Source: Neodothiora populina (lineage: Eukaryota). Taken from it: 64,000 nucleotides of DNA. The notes below the pieces were generated by a model. The model had not been told where the DNA came from, made no database searches, and saw only the letters and a list, made by a program, of their open reading frames with translations. The DNA is taken from the NCBI RefSeq assembly GCF_041146345.1, contig NW_027191411.1, forward strand, positions 930,001 to 994,000, in the 5' to 3' direction. The position numbers were made by a program, and so were the translations under genes. How positions within the stretch are numbered: the stretch's first letter is position 1; each line of letters starts with the position of its first letter. Below, one piece after another: positions 37,171 through 48,482 of the stretch.

Positions 37171-39453
37171 TCACTCCACTCCGTCCTTTGCGTCTACTTC
37201 GTCCCCAGGGCTGGTGCCGAGTGCACTGTCTGAACCCCTAGTGACCATCTCTTTCGTCAGCGGACTCCTGTGCCTCTGCTCTGCCTGGCTCCTCAACACC
37301 ATCCTTCGCCCCTTGTTGGTCGAAGAAGGTGGCGTCGCCATCGATTGTCTCGAGTTGCTCGACCGCACAGCAGCGGGTGAGCTCCTGGCGGATGAGATGG
37401 GAGGCCTGCCCAGCTGTGGACTTGGAGATGACGGTCGCACACTGGGTGACCTACCCGCCGATTCGTATCGTGGATACTCGACACTCTGCCTGATATGATC
37501 TGGAGTCGTATATCTCCCTTCGTCGTTGAAATAGCTGCCCTCCCTGTAACTTCCCTCTCGATAACTTCCTTCCATCGCCCCTTCGCCCCATCCGTCTGTG
37601 GTGGAGCGCGGATGCGCGAGATATTCCTCGCCCCTGCGCTTAATCGGACTTTCATCGTAAGGGTCAAAGCCAACTCGGCGGCGTGCGTCTCGACGGATAC
37701 GCTGTCTGTATTCAACGTTGGCACCCGCGCCGGTGGTGGCGCTGTCCTCCAGAAAGAAATTCAGCAGTTCGTCCTCTATGGTCAGATGTGAAGCTTGTCG
37801 AAACTGCTGGAGAGCGGTCAAGCGTATAAGCATCTCCAGTAGTGACAGCGAGGTCTTGACTGGACCGCTGGGTGCTAGCATGCTATGCTTACGGACAGAT
37901 CCATTGATCGAAGTGCCGGCATACGCAGCTGGAGACGATGACCGAAGGTTGAGGTTCGCGAATGCATTTGAGATACTGGGATCCAATGATTCTCGTCGCG
38001 AGGACCGCGCCCAGGTTGTTGATTCCTCAGACTCCTCTTCTTCGTCACTATCCACTTCTTCTGTGAACACCTCGAAAGCTATCCACTCCGGGTCTAGATC
38101 TGCTGGCAGACGCCAGTGAGCTGACGAGTCGTCGACTGCGTGTGGCATCTCATTTACAGCTGGGTTCTCATCAGAGGGAGTCACTGGTGCTGACTCCCTG
38201 AATATCTGCGCATCTAGCTCCGCTTGATCATCAAACTCCTCGTCCGAATTATGGCTGTGATCAGCGGTATCACCAGCATCGGAGTGACTTTCAGCGTGGA
38301 CCTGCACATCCGCGAAACTTTGTTCCAGCTCGTCGCTCCTCTGTGAGTATACACTCTCCCGCCTTTCCATCATTCGACGGGGAGGTTCGGCATGCACGTC
38401 ACGCTTGATGAGCAGGATTGGATTATTGACCTCACCCTCCGTGCCGATGTTCAAAATCTTTCCAGTGTCGGCGTAGAAGATCTTTGAAACCTGATGAATG
38501 GGCACGACATCCCGGATCCCAGCGACAGCAATGTCATCAAATGGTCCAGGTTGGGGCTCGTCCTTTTCGAATGTGTGAACACGCCCATCTTCGAGATCCT
38601 CCACCATCATCAACTGATATGCGAACTCTAGAGATGTGCCATCTTCTGGAAATGACTCTGGGACGCCGCTGTTCTTTTCTTCATCGCCTGCTGTTTGCTC
38701 ACCAGGCAGATGATACAGACCTTTGAGGGGTACACGAACAAGCTTGACATGTGCCTTGTGAACGACTTCTTTCCACGTAGTCTCACGGATGCTTTCCTCA
38801 TCATGAGGACGACTTGCATGTCCCGCGAAGAGCATATATATCGACAGTGTGTACGAAGGGCCGACCTGTACATACTCGCCTGGATTATTGGAGTACAGGG
38901 AATCGGCGGATGTGAGAAAGGTGCTAGCCTGAAGCAGACGAGAAGGAGAGACAGTGGCAGGAAGGTTTGTGGAAAGATTGACGCCAGAAGTCGTAATGGC
39001 TAGATTTATCAGGGGAACAGCATCTTCGATACGATCGAGTAGCTTTCGTACGTCAGATATGATAAGTTTGAGCTCAAGTTCGTTTTGTTCACGAGATTTC
39101 GCTCGTTTACTTCGGCGTCTGAGGAGCTCTTCCTCGTTGGCGGCTTTTGACAAGCGAATGCCCAAGCCTTGTATCTCCCACCGTATGTCTTTTGTCAGGC
39201 TTACGGCAGACTCGAGTGAAGTATTCCCACGAGCAGCGATCAATTCAATCATGTCGATAGCAGGGGAGATGATACGGATCTTACTCTCAAGTCGGACTTG
39301 AAGTGCAAGAAGTTGCTCTCGATCACTGCCCCGAGGGGCTTCTTTGATCAAGCGAGAACATTGCTTGATGGCATAGGTGCTCGTCAAGGCAACACCAGAG
39401 CGGATTGCATAGTTTACCGCCTGCGAGGTTATCTTACCCAAAATTGCATCCAT
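37171..39453 (-). CDS. YRB30: RanGTP-binding protein, Yrb30-like
   Basis: QAVNYAIRSGVALTS, IISPAIDMIELIAARGNTSLES, IEDAVPLINLAITTSG, VSPSRLLQAS, SLSLLEMLIRLTALQQF. Confidence 0.85.
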   Translation of the reverse strand: MDAILGKITSQAVNYAIRSGVALTSTYAIKQCSRLIKEAPRGSDREQLLALQVRLESKIRIISPAIDMIELIAARGNTSLESAVSLTKDIRWEIQGLGIRLSKAANEEELLRRRSKRAKSREQNELELKLIISDVRKLLDRIEDAVPLINLAITTSGVNLSTNLPATVSPSRLLQASTFLTSADSLYSNNPGEYVQVGPSYTLSIYMLFAGHASRPHDEESIRETTWKEVVHKAHVKLVRVPLKGLYHLPGEQTAGDEEKNSGVPESFPEDGTSLEFAYQLMMVEDLEDGRVHTFEKDEPQPGPFDDIAVAGIRDVVPIHQVSKIFYADTGKILNIGTEGEVNNPILLIKRDVHAEPPRRMMERRESVYSQRSDELEQSFADVQVHAESHSDAGDTADHSHNSDEEFDDQAELDAQIFRESAPVTPSDENPAVNEMPHAVDDSSAHWRLPADLDPEWIAFEVFTEEVDSDEEEESEESTTWARSSRRESLDPSISNAFANLNLRSSSPAAYAGTSINGSVRKHSMLAPSGPVKTSLSLLEMLIRLTALQQFRQASHLTIEDELLNFFLEDSATTGAGANVEYRQRIRRDARRRVGFDPYDESPIKRRGEEYLAHPRSTTDGWGEGAMEGSYREGSYREGSYFNDEGRYTTPDHIRQSVEYPRYESAGRSPSVRPSSPSPQLGRPPISSARSSPAAVRSSNSRQSMATPPSSTNKGRRMVLRSQAEQRHRSPLTKEMVTRGSDSALGTSPGDEVDAKDGVE

Positions 39454-39848
39454 GATCGTGGTGGGTACAGCGTTGCATTCAATGCAAGAGGCTGAGCTGG
39501 ACTTCTCCACTCATAAGTAGTCGTCGGACACACTTTGGGACAAACATGCATGCGAACAAACACTGATGAAACATGGAACACGAAGTGTTGTTTATGCACA
39601 GGCGGTGAATCGTGAATTGTTATGCACAGACAACAGCATGACGCAGACCGGCGCCTGAAGACGCCAAGATGGGGAACAACGTGGCGGGGAACTTCCGCAC
39701 TCGGCGATGATGGTGGGAACAGCCCACTTGATCCTCAAACTTTCCATGAAACTCGACTGTCTTCTTGCACCTGAAGTCTTCGATCTGATACACATCATAC
39801 GCATCTATTCCGTATCACCCACACATCACAGCAAAGCCCCTCGAAAAC

Positions 39849-40558
39849 ATGGCTGGAAAGAAGGCAGCTGGCGAGAACAGCAAGAAGGTTGCAGGCAACG
39901 CGAAGAAGGCCGAAGCTGCTGCAAACAAAAAGGCAGGCGAGGACCAGAAGAAGGCTGCAGCTGAAGCACAAGAATGGTCAAAGGGATCAAAGGACTCCTC
40001 AAAGGCGTGAGTAATCCCTTCACCCATCCTTCCTCGCCTTTGTTGACAGAAGCTTCTTGCAGTGAGGCTGCCAAAGCCAAAGCAGAGGAGGCTGCTCGCA
40101 AGAAGGCTGAGAAAGCCGCTTTAGCAGCAGAAGAAGAAGCATCGCTTCCCTCGAAGAAAACGGGCAATGCCAAGACAGCTCAGAAGAAGTCTAGAGGTCT
40201 TGATCTGTCCGGTCTCGACACGCCATCCTCTCTTGCCTCGCTAAATGCTACTGGTATCGACAATGCGTTGGACGCCCTCTCCATCACTGCTGGATCAAAT
40301 GACAAGATAGACAAGCATCCTGAGAGACGCTTCAAGGCTGCCTATGCTGCTTTCGAGGAGAAGAGGCTTGCGGAAATGGAAGACGAGAAGGGCTTGAGAC
40401 GCAACCAGAAGGTTGATCGCATCAGGAAAGAGTTCGAGAAACACCCAGACAATCCTTTCAACCAAGTCAACGCCACATACAACAGCAAGAGAGAGGACAT
40501 CGACCTGATCCGAGAGGCCGAGAAGGCCAAGATCGAGGCAAGACTTGTCAGCAAATAA
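39849..40558 (+). CDS. CCDC124/Lso2-like coiled-coil ribosome-associated protein (intron 40007-40062)
   Basis: MAGKKAAGENSKK start; LNATGIDNALDAL, DKHPERRFKAAYAAFEE, GLRRNQ, FEKHPDNPFNQ. Confidence 0.88.
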
Positions 40559-41531
40559 GCCGCTTGAGGAATATCTACAAGATATCCCTTTCGCCCAAAC
40601 CCGCGACACTCTGCTGCATACGCTTAAGAGATAGATCATATGGATCCGGCTGAAGATATTGAGCATCACATTGACCGGAGAATCCCTCTTTGCTCACAGG
40701 CCTTTCAGAGACTTTGAAGTTATATGATGGCCTTGGACACTGTGTAATGATACCCTCGAGAAATTGCATGGATTGATGAGTTGTATGGTGTTATTGTATA
40801 TCTCTTCGCATTGCACTGATACATCTTCATCCTCTAGAGGCTCTATCTAGGAAGGTGGACCTCGAATAGACGACAACAGAAAGCCCGCATAGTACGGGTT
40901 TGCAGCGAGGGCATTGGAATCATCCATGAACCATAGAACATTAATATCACGACGAGTCTTGGTATCTGTCTTCGTAGCATGCTTGCCTACAACGATACAG
41001 GATTCGACATTTGTTGCAAGCAACATAAAATGAACGCACGTGCCCCAAGAATGGCTGAGTCAAGGAATATTTCTCTTCGCGGTCAGTCCAGTGCATCTCA
41101 GATCTGATGTCTACCATCGACGTTAGTACGAGATTGTGGATCAAGCCGCTCAGAAAATCTGCATCGACTGATAAAATCATGAACGCTAGGCACAGATTCT
41201 GCGCGCTTTGCCATTCAACAAAAATAAATTGATACACGGGAGGAGATGTCATGTGAAGAATCGTAAGGCAGCTTTGCAACGCATTCCTATCCCACATATG
41301 ACACAGGATTGCTTGGTCCTTTCTCATGAGTCAGGCAAAAGATATGGACCAAGAATCGAGCATCAACAAATCACATCTTGCTTTTATTGTCTAATCCGCT
41401 CTTGTTACTGATATAAGACATGGCACGTATCGAATAACACTCTTGCGGCTCCCGTGCGGCTCTGCAATAACTCCGTGATTATGTTGAAAATTCTGGGGAA
41501 ATAACGTCCTATCACTCACAACTTCGTCAAG

Positions 41532-42968
41532 ATGACGTCGGAAGGGCTCCGAAGCTCACCTGTGCAGGGTTGCGGGAAGGAATTAATCATGGTACACTGT
41601 ACTTAATTACGGTACCTTTAAAATAGTTTAAAACTGAGTTTTGATGCTCTTCTTCATAACAATTTCTTAAAGACTTTGTCGACAAGAGGGATGCCTTCGA
41701 ATTCATCTGATAGAACGTTGGCGCAATATGATGATAATCATGAAGCTGAACAAAAGGAAGAACTGCTAAAACCGCTCTATGCGCCCAGCTATGTGCGGGA
41801 TCCTCACCTTGCTTTCCGCATGCGAAAGAGGAAATATATCGGACTCGATCCTGAGCGCCCGCTGAAGCCGCATGAACGAGGAGCCGAAAAGTTCTTTTGG
41901 AGTCGTGTTCGCTCGACATTACAGGAACCCTTTTCAGAGTTTCTGGGTACATTCACGCTTGCGTGCTTCTACATGGGAAGCATCGCTCAATCAAGTCTTG
42001 GAGCAACGATACCAACAGCACCCGGCGGGTTTGGATATGGCAGCTACATGTCTGTACCATGGGGGTGAGCATGCAATGAGACTCAGCATAGAAATTCACT
42101 ACTAATTGGCTCCTGTTAGAACTGGTATTGGAGTAATGTTAGGAATCTACATTGCAGGTGACTCAGGTGCATACCTAAATCCTGCTATCACTTTTGCCAA
42201 TTGCATGTTTCGTGGTCTACCATGGCGGCAATTCCCAATCACCGTATTTTCACAGTTCATGGGAGCCTTTGTCGGAACTGCGCTCGTCTATGGAAATTAC
42301 GTCGCTGCAATTGACAATTATTCGGGCCACGGAGCACGACTCGTTCCGCCAACTGAGAAGTATACCGCATCTATCTTCGCGACCTATCCACAAACTTTCA
42401 CGCCAAAGTCATCCCAGGCCATACAAACCATCACGCCTATCATGCTGGTCACGATAGTGGTGTCTGCCCTGAAGGATGATTACAATAACGGTGTTTCCAA
42501 GGCGGGCGGTAACTTCTTTCCACTGGCCATGTTCTTTCTTTTCTATGGTATTGGCATAGCATTTGGCTGGGAGACATCGTAGGTATCATATTGCCTATCT
42601 TGCCAACAAAAGCTGACAGCACCAGGGGTGCGACGAATCCGGCTTTAGATTTTGGAGGTCGACTGATGTCGAATTGTGTGGGTTATCCCAGCGAGGTGTG
42701 GTCCGCAGGGGGCTACTATTTTTGGGTGGGTAGAACTACTTGCAACCAATGGCGAATAGATACTAATGCAACACAGATGCCCATATTCCTGCCATTTGTT
42801 GGAGCCGCCCTTGGAGCTTTCCTGTATGACTTATTCGTCTACACTGGACCGAGTCCCATCAACAGCCCTCTTCTTGGATTCAAGAAGTTGACTAGTGCCG
42901 AAGCGCAAGAAAAGAACAAAGAGCGCCGAGTGGATGAACGTAATGATTCTCAAAACGATCAAGTTTGA
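41532..42968 (+). CDS. Aquaglyceroporin (MIP family); introns 41592-41672, 42065-42119, 42579-42625, 42727-42777
   Basis: EPFSEFLGT, GDSGAYLNPAIT, ASIFATYP, second box NPALDFGGR, YYFWMPIFLPFVGA. Four GT-AG introns keep the frame; exon 1 and the start are less certain. Confidence 0.88.
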
Positions 42969-43539
42969 GCTGGGCTTTTTGCACTGATTTTCTTGCTTAT
43001 GACATCGGACATAGTTTATACCCCTTTCTGTCCTTGTACACTACCTATCTTTTAAAACGGTAAACGCGCATTAGAGTCATAGACATAGATATTTAGATCA
43101 AAATGGTTGTATCGATCACTAGAAGTCCTCCCAATATCACGTTCAGATGGTTCTAGTTGTGCATTCCAAAGTGAAATGGCAGACGCGACGCGCATCAACG
43201 CGACTCGACGGCGACGTGAAAGACCCCTTTTCTTCGCTTAAATTACCCGATAACACCGAGATGGGCACCTGCGACGCGCCAAGTGCTTCCAGAAGCCTTC
43301 CTAATTGGTCTCATTTCATCCAACTTTTTGCTTTCCCGTATTTCCTTCATGTAGCACAAAATAACTTTGTCAACACTGTTTTGAGATATTATTTTCCCAT
43401 TCATACGATATTTCACTCCAAATCATTTCCATTTGTGTAGCCATTGGTTGTTGTAACCTTCGACATCACATCTTAAACAGGACTTATCAACCAGCTTTCA
43501 TCACTTGAAAAGAAAACAATCGCTTAAATTTCATTCATA

Positions 43540-44454
43540 ATGGCCATTGATCAACCACAGTCGGGAGATGCCCCAAGCAAGCGTGTCTATGTTGGAAACT
43601 TGCCCTACCATGCACAGGCATCAGACATTGAGACCTACCTCACGGATGCCGGATTCGATATTGAGAGACTGGATCTCAGTGTGGACCCTTTTACCCAGAA
43701 GAACCCTTCCTACTGCTTCGTAGAGCTCACCACTGTAGAGCAAGCTCAGCGTGCACTTTCAGAACTCCCTGGTGCGAGCTTCATGGGTCGCCCTCTCAAG
43801 GTCAATGTGCACATTCCAAGACGTCGTGACGGTGCTCCCAGCACCCGCTCGTTCGGTGGCGACCGTGAGGGTTCAGCAACGCCATCTACTCCCGCACGTA
43901 CCTTCGGCAACGACTGGAGAACTCCAGGAAGCAGATCCACTCCCCAGGAGGGTGGTGAGCGAGTGAGCAGCTTCAGCTCTCGCTGGGCCAACCGCACCGA
44001 CTCGCCTGCTGGTCAATCTCAGCAGACTTCCACTCCCTCGCAAGGAGGCCGCAGAGTCTACGTTGGCAACCTCCCCGAGTTCCCCAGCCAGGAGAACATG
44101 GAGGAGCAACTCCGCAGCGTGTTTGGTGACTTTTCCGTCGAGAGCATTAGCAAGATGATCACGGGCAACCCTCGCGAGGATGACGACTCCGGTCTCCACC
44201 ACTACTGCTTTGTCGACTTGGCCGATGCGCAGCAAGCTCAGGCTGCCATTGCCAAGCTTGACAACAGCGAGATGACATGGGGTGGCAGTCTCAGAGTTAA
44301 TGTCGCCAAGGACAGAAGGACGCAGTACGGCGAGAGGAGAACCGACTCTCCTTCCGCTGGCGGCGCTGCCGCTTCTCCTGCTGCAGCCAGCCCTGCCCCC
44401 GAGAAGCCTTTCAGGGACTTGAGCTCCCTCAGCAGCTGGCGCCGAGGAAACTAG
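43540..44454 (+). CDS. Two-RRM RNA-binding protein
   Basis: Two RVYVGNLP (RNP2) motifs with YCFVEL / YCFVDL (RNP1). Confidence 0.9.
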   Translation: MAIDQPQSGDAPSKRVYVGNLPYHAQASDIETYLTDAGFDIERLDLSVDPFTQKNPSYCFVELTTVEQAQRALSELPGASFMGRPLKVNVHIPRRRDGAPSTRSFGGDREGSATPSTPARTFGNDWRTPGSRSTPQEGGERVSSFSSRWANRTDSPAGQSQQTSTPSQGGRRVYVGNLPEFPSQENMEEQLRSVFGDFSVESISKMITGNPREDDDSGLHHYCFVDLADAQQAQAAIAKLDNSEMTWGGSLRVNVAKDRRTQYGERRTDSPSAGGAAASPAAASPAPEKPFRDLSSLSSWRRGN

Positions 44455-45310
44455 AGGCAAGCAAAGCCTAGAGTCTTTTCTTCCTCTGCAATGACAAATT
44501 CACAAGATGCACTTTCTGGCGGCAATCGGTCATTCACATTGAACTCTCCAGGGCACGAAAGAGTTCAGAAATGCGAAAATGCATGGCCGTGGCGTCTTAC
44601 CCTCATTTCCAAATGACAATATAGGCGGGCGAACGGACGGGCAGCCTCTACGGGCCCATTTTTCCATTTCTTGAAACTCTAAACTAAGGCACAAAAAACA
44701 TCGGATATGGTATCAGGAAGAATGAGCAGCACGATAGAGAGACCTTGAAACGAAAACATAAAGAGCAAACAGCGTAAATAGAAGGCCCCTCCCACAGGAG
44801 CAAAAACTCAAATGAATATGCGAATGATAAGAGAACGTTGTTGACGCCTTTGCTTGCTTCCTGTATATTGACTATGATAGCGATGATGATGATAGTAGTG
44901 ATGGTGACAACGATGATAGTGATGAAGGATGGTATATCTAGAATATATGGGTGCCTAACAGAGCGAGATAGCGAATATGATGGCGTAAAGTAGAAGAACT
45001 AACTCGCACCATTCCCTCCTGGTCTCAATAGAGCATTAAGAGAGGAAGGGTATGCAACAGCGACAGCAACAGCAGTAGCAAACAAAACCGACGCCAATAA
45101 CAGTAGCGGATCGTACCAGTATAGGAAGATAGCAACAAGACAGAAACAAGACAGAAGAGAGAAGAGCAGACAGCGTCCATACCAAGACATGATATTCCCC
45201 CTCTCGTCTATGCTCTCCCATGCACGCATAAATACAAAAAACCCTGCAATCTGCTCGCCGAAACCGACCAAGAAACGGGCATCAATAAACACATGACGAA
45301 AGGCATCGGA

Positions 45311-48037
45311 TTACCCAACCACACTCTTCAGACTCAGCGCCTCAAGGAACCCACTGAAATCATCCCTCTTGACCTCGACAACAGAGTGTTCGAAGCTATC
45401 GATACGCACGCGCGCGTTGGTCTCATCGACGACTTCTTGGAAGGCGGCGCCGAAGCGATTGAGGCCGTGGCCGCGCTTCTTGCGTTTCTGCGCCGATTCT
45501 TCGTCTTCGGAGTCTGAGTCCGAGTCGGAGGAGTCGGAAGAGGAGGAGGATTCGGTGTCGTTGTCTTCTTCTTCGTCGTCGTCGTCGTTGTCCGAGTCGT
45601 CGATGAAGATGCCGTTTGCTTCGTTTCGTTCGCGGAGCAGTCTTTTCTTCTCTTGTCGACGGATCTCCTTCTGCAGGGCTTTTTCCGCTTTCTTCTCCGC
45701 GCGCGCTTTCTTTCGTTCTTCGCGCTCTTTCATCTCTGCGCGGCTGCGCATGCGTCCGCTGCCTGCTGCGCCGCCTGCGCCGCCGAGACCGACCACGACA
45801 TAGACGCTTCTGCGCTCGTCTAGGGCCGCTAGCACTAGTGCGCCTCGATCTCGCACGCCTTTTTCTGCTTCTAGTACGCCAACGGCTTCGGATACCCAGT
45901 TTGCTAGTTTCACGAGAGCGCCGGGGTGGATGAAGAGGGGGACGTCGGGGCCTTCGCGCACTACGCCCATTCTGAATGCTCGTAAGTGGCGGATCTGGTG
46001 TTTTCCTATTAGTGCGCTGCCGGTGCGCAGAATGGCTCGGTGGAGGTGTTGGGCTGTGGGGACGTGTGATAATAGTGAAGAGAGAGAGGAAGAAGATGGC
46101 GAAAGAGCATCATAAGCTGCGAAGAAACGATTCGTCGTCCAGTCTGGGTCTGTGATTTTCTGACCCAGCTCATCCGAGGATGAATCTTCTCCGTTCAGTG
46201 ACGTCGGTGGTGTGGGTAATGCACGCATTCGGGCGTTGTAGCCGCTCGCGGACACTGGTGTTCGGTCCCCTATAGAGCGGGAGGAGGGAATTTCTGGGAG
46301 AGGATCGGTGCCGACTTCCAGGATGGCGCCGATTATGACGGCTACGTCCATGGAGGACAGGCATGCTTTCCAGCCCCAACACCTGACAAACCCCCATCCG
46401 TCTTTCCCGCCTCGTCCTCCATCTGCGGGAGGCACCAGACCGTCGAGACCGTACATGGGTGCAAATCTCAGCAGACGCTCACGCAGACCTCGTTTTAGCT
46501 CAATGTCCATGTGTGTGTAACCCTTCCCGGCTTCGTTGAGAGAGACGCCCATCTTGGCCAGGAGTTTGTGTAGTCGCTTCTTACCAGGTTCTGACCAGAC
46601 GTGTAATCGTGTGGAAAGATAGGGTGAGTGCAGCATACTGTCGTATAGGGACCAATGTCGGATGAGCAAGAAGCGAGGTTCAGGTGAAAGTCGAATGGAG
46701 GTGTCTGTGGGTGATCGAGCATGGGTGGGGATGACGCCGCCTGAGTCGCCCATGTCTCGTTCTCGCGCAATTTCCGAGGTTGGGCTGGGGTTGAGACGAC
46801 GCACTTCGTCTCGCATGACGTCTCGGATCTGTTCGTGTCTATTGGCAGACCATCCTAGCCTTTTTGCACCTTGCTCAGCAGAGGAGAATTGAGCAGTGTT
46901 GCCATACAGCTCTGCGGCTGACACGCCAACAATGGCGAGCCAGAGGAGATCGTTGTCTTCTCGGCCGAGTTCTGATGCTAACGAATAAAGCATAGAGGCC
47001 ATGGGTTCCGAGTACGAGGTTCCAAGAGCGTAATAGGCTTGCAGAGTGGCCTCATGCTTCCTCTTGAGGCGCAGTAGTCGACGTCGTAACGTTCGTGCGG
47101 AGGGTTGTGAAGATTGAGGCGGCGGCGGTGATGAGGGTAAAGGAGCAGTCTGCTGTGAACTCGAAGGGTGATTGGAGATGCCGAGTCTGTCCATTCGGGG
47201 TCGCGGTGATGAAGGGATCGAGGATCCCGAGTTGCTCCGTCGCCTTTGATAGGGTCGTTCATCATCGTCTGACTCGTCTCCATCCTCCATGTCGCTGGAT
47301 GACTTTCGTTTTCTACTCGTCACGCCTTCTAATTCGTCTCGTCTCTCATCCCCGCCTTCCTCGTCGCCGTGGTCGTTGTCGTCATCGTCATCGTCATAAT
47401 CATCGTCTTCCTCGCCATGATCTGGCATGGTTTGCAGAGTACAGAATGCGTCTTTTTCCGGGCTCAGCTCTCTCTCAATGTCGCCATCATCGAACACGAT
47501 AATTCCCCCTCTTCCTGGATTGTAAGATGGTAAGATCTTGCCTTGGTCGACTCCTCTTCGTCGCTTGGCAGCAGCATTCTCCTGCTCGGCACCCTCTTCC
47601 GCCGTGACGACACCTCCGAATCCAAACACGTTCTGCAGATTCCACGGCCGCCTTGCATCGACCAGCCAGACCTCTACGCCGTGATCCTGCATATCAATGG
47701 GTTCGGCTTCGCCATTGCTGCCGTCTAACCCCAGCAGCTCCTCGAGGTCGACCAAGCCACCAACTCCAAGGCATATGACGACACCACCATCCCCACCGTG
47801 TTGCCTGGTCAAAGGCAAGACTAGCTCTCGACCGGCATTGGTGAGATCACTATAGCCTGCCACCGGCTGGACCTTGTGAGGGATATAGTCGCGCTTGAGA
47901 AGGGCGGTAAGGATGCGGCAGGCGCAGAGGGCGTCAGGCTCCAAGGAAACAAGGATGAGAACTGGCGGCGACAAAGGATGCGTGTTTCGGACGAGTTGGG
48001 TGTACAAGTGGGAGAGGAGGTTCCTGGGTAAGTACAT
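45311..48037 (-). CDS. CDC45: DNA replication initiation factor Cdc45
   Basis: EPDALCACRILT, DARRPWNLQNVF, LLIRHWSLYDSMLHS, LHKLLAKMGVSL, NRFGAAFQEV, IDSFEHSVVEV. Confidence 0.96.
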   Translation of the reverse strand: MYLPRNLLSHLYTQLVRNTHPLSPPVLILVSLEPDALCACRILTALLKRDYIPHKVQPVAGYSDLTNAGRELVLPLTRQHGGDGGVVICLGVGGLVDLEELLGLDGSNGEAEPIDMQDHGVEVWLVDARRPWNLQNVFGFGGVVTAEEGAEQENAAAKRRRGVDQGKILPSYNPGRGGIIVFDDGDIERELSPEKDAFCTLQTMPDHGEEDDDYDDDDDDNDHGDEEGGDERRDELEGVTSRKRKSSSDMEDGDESDDDERPYQRRRSNSGSSIPSSPRPRMDRLGISNHPSSSQQTAPLPSSPPPPQSSQPSARTLRRRLLRLKRKHEATLQAYYALGTSYSEPMASMLYSLASELGREDNDLLWLAIVGVSAAELYGNTAQFSSAEQGAKRLGWSANRHEQIRDVMRDEVRRLNPSPTSEIARERDMGDSGGVIPTHARSPTDTSIRLSPEPRFLLIRHWSLYDSMLHSPYLSTRLHVWSEPGKKRLHKLLAKMGVSLNEAGKGYTHMDIELKRGLRERLLRFAPMYGLDGLVPPADGGRGGKDGWGFVRCWGWKACLSSMDVAVIIGAILEVGTDPLPEIPSSRSIGDRTPVSASGYNARMRALPTPPTSLNGEDSSSDELGQKITDPDWTTNRFFAAYDALSPSSSSLSSLLSHVPTAQHLHRAILRTGSALIGKHQIRHLRAFRMGVVREGPDVPLFIHPGALVKLANWVSEAVGVLEAEKGVRDRGALVLAALDERRSVYVVVGLGGAGGAAGSGRMRSRAEMKEREERKKARAEKKAEKALQKEIRRQEKKRLLRERNEANGIFIDDSDNDDDDEEEDNDTESSSSSDSSDSDSDSEDEESAQKRKKRGHGLNRFGAAFQEVVDETNARVRIDSFEHSVVEVKRDDFSGFLEALSLKSVVG

Positions 48038-48314
48038 CTTGATCTTGTCTGCTGCCTCTCCTCACACGTCTAATCTTGTATCAACTCGGTGAATCAATCA
48101 ATTTACGCGGTGGGGGTGTCGTGTCTCGGCCGATTTCGCATTTGCATGTTAAGACAGCGAGGATTGATGGTTCTGAGGCAAGGTGATCTATGCGATGTAT
48201 TGTCTGTTGGCTTGGGCTGTCTTTGGTCTTCTTTGAACAGGTATAATCAACAGAACGTATGATGCGAAGACAATAATAGTCGACGTATTTGGGACAATCA
48301 ACCTTCACTCAAAG

Positions 48315-48410
48315 TCGCGTCCGGCGTGTAAAAGACGCGTCGCTGACCAAAGCTTTTACCTGTTGCCTTTTTAGGCTTTGAATCGGAATCGTGAATCGCT
48401 GATGCGCGTC
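48315..48410. promoter_or_regulatory. Cluster of MCB-like (ACGCGT/CGCG) elements upstream of CDC45
   Basis: ACGCGT at 48335-48340, TCGCGT at 48315-48320 and GCGCGT near 48404, about 280-370 bp upstream of a G1/S gene. Confidence 0.6.
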
Positions 48411-48482
48411 GGGAATCGCCAAGACGTGACGCCGTTTACTCTCGTCTCTCGTCTAAACACTCTGATTGCCTTATTATATACC

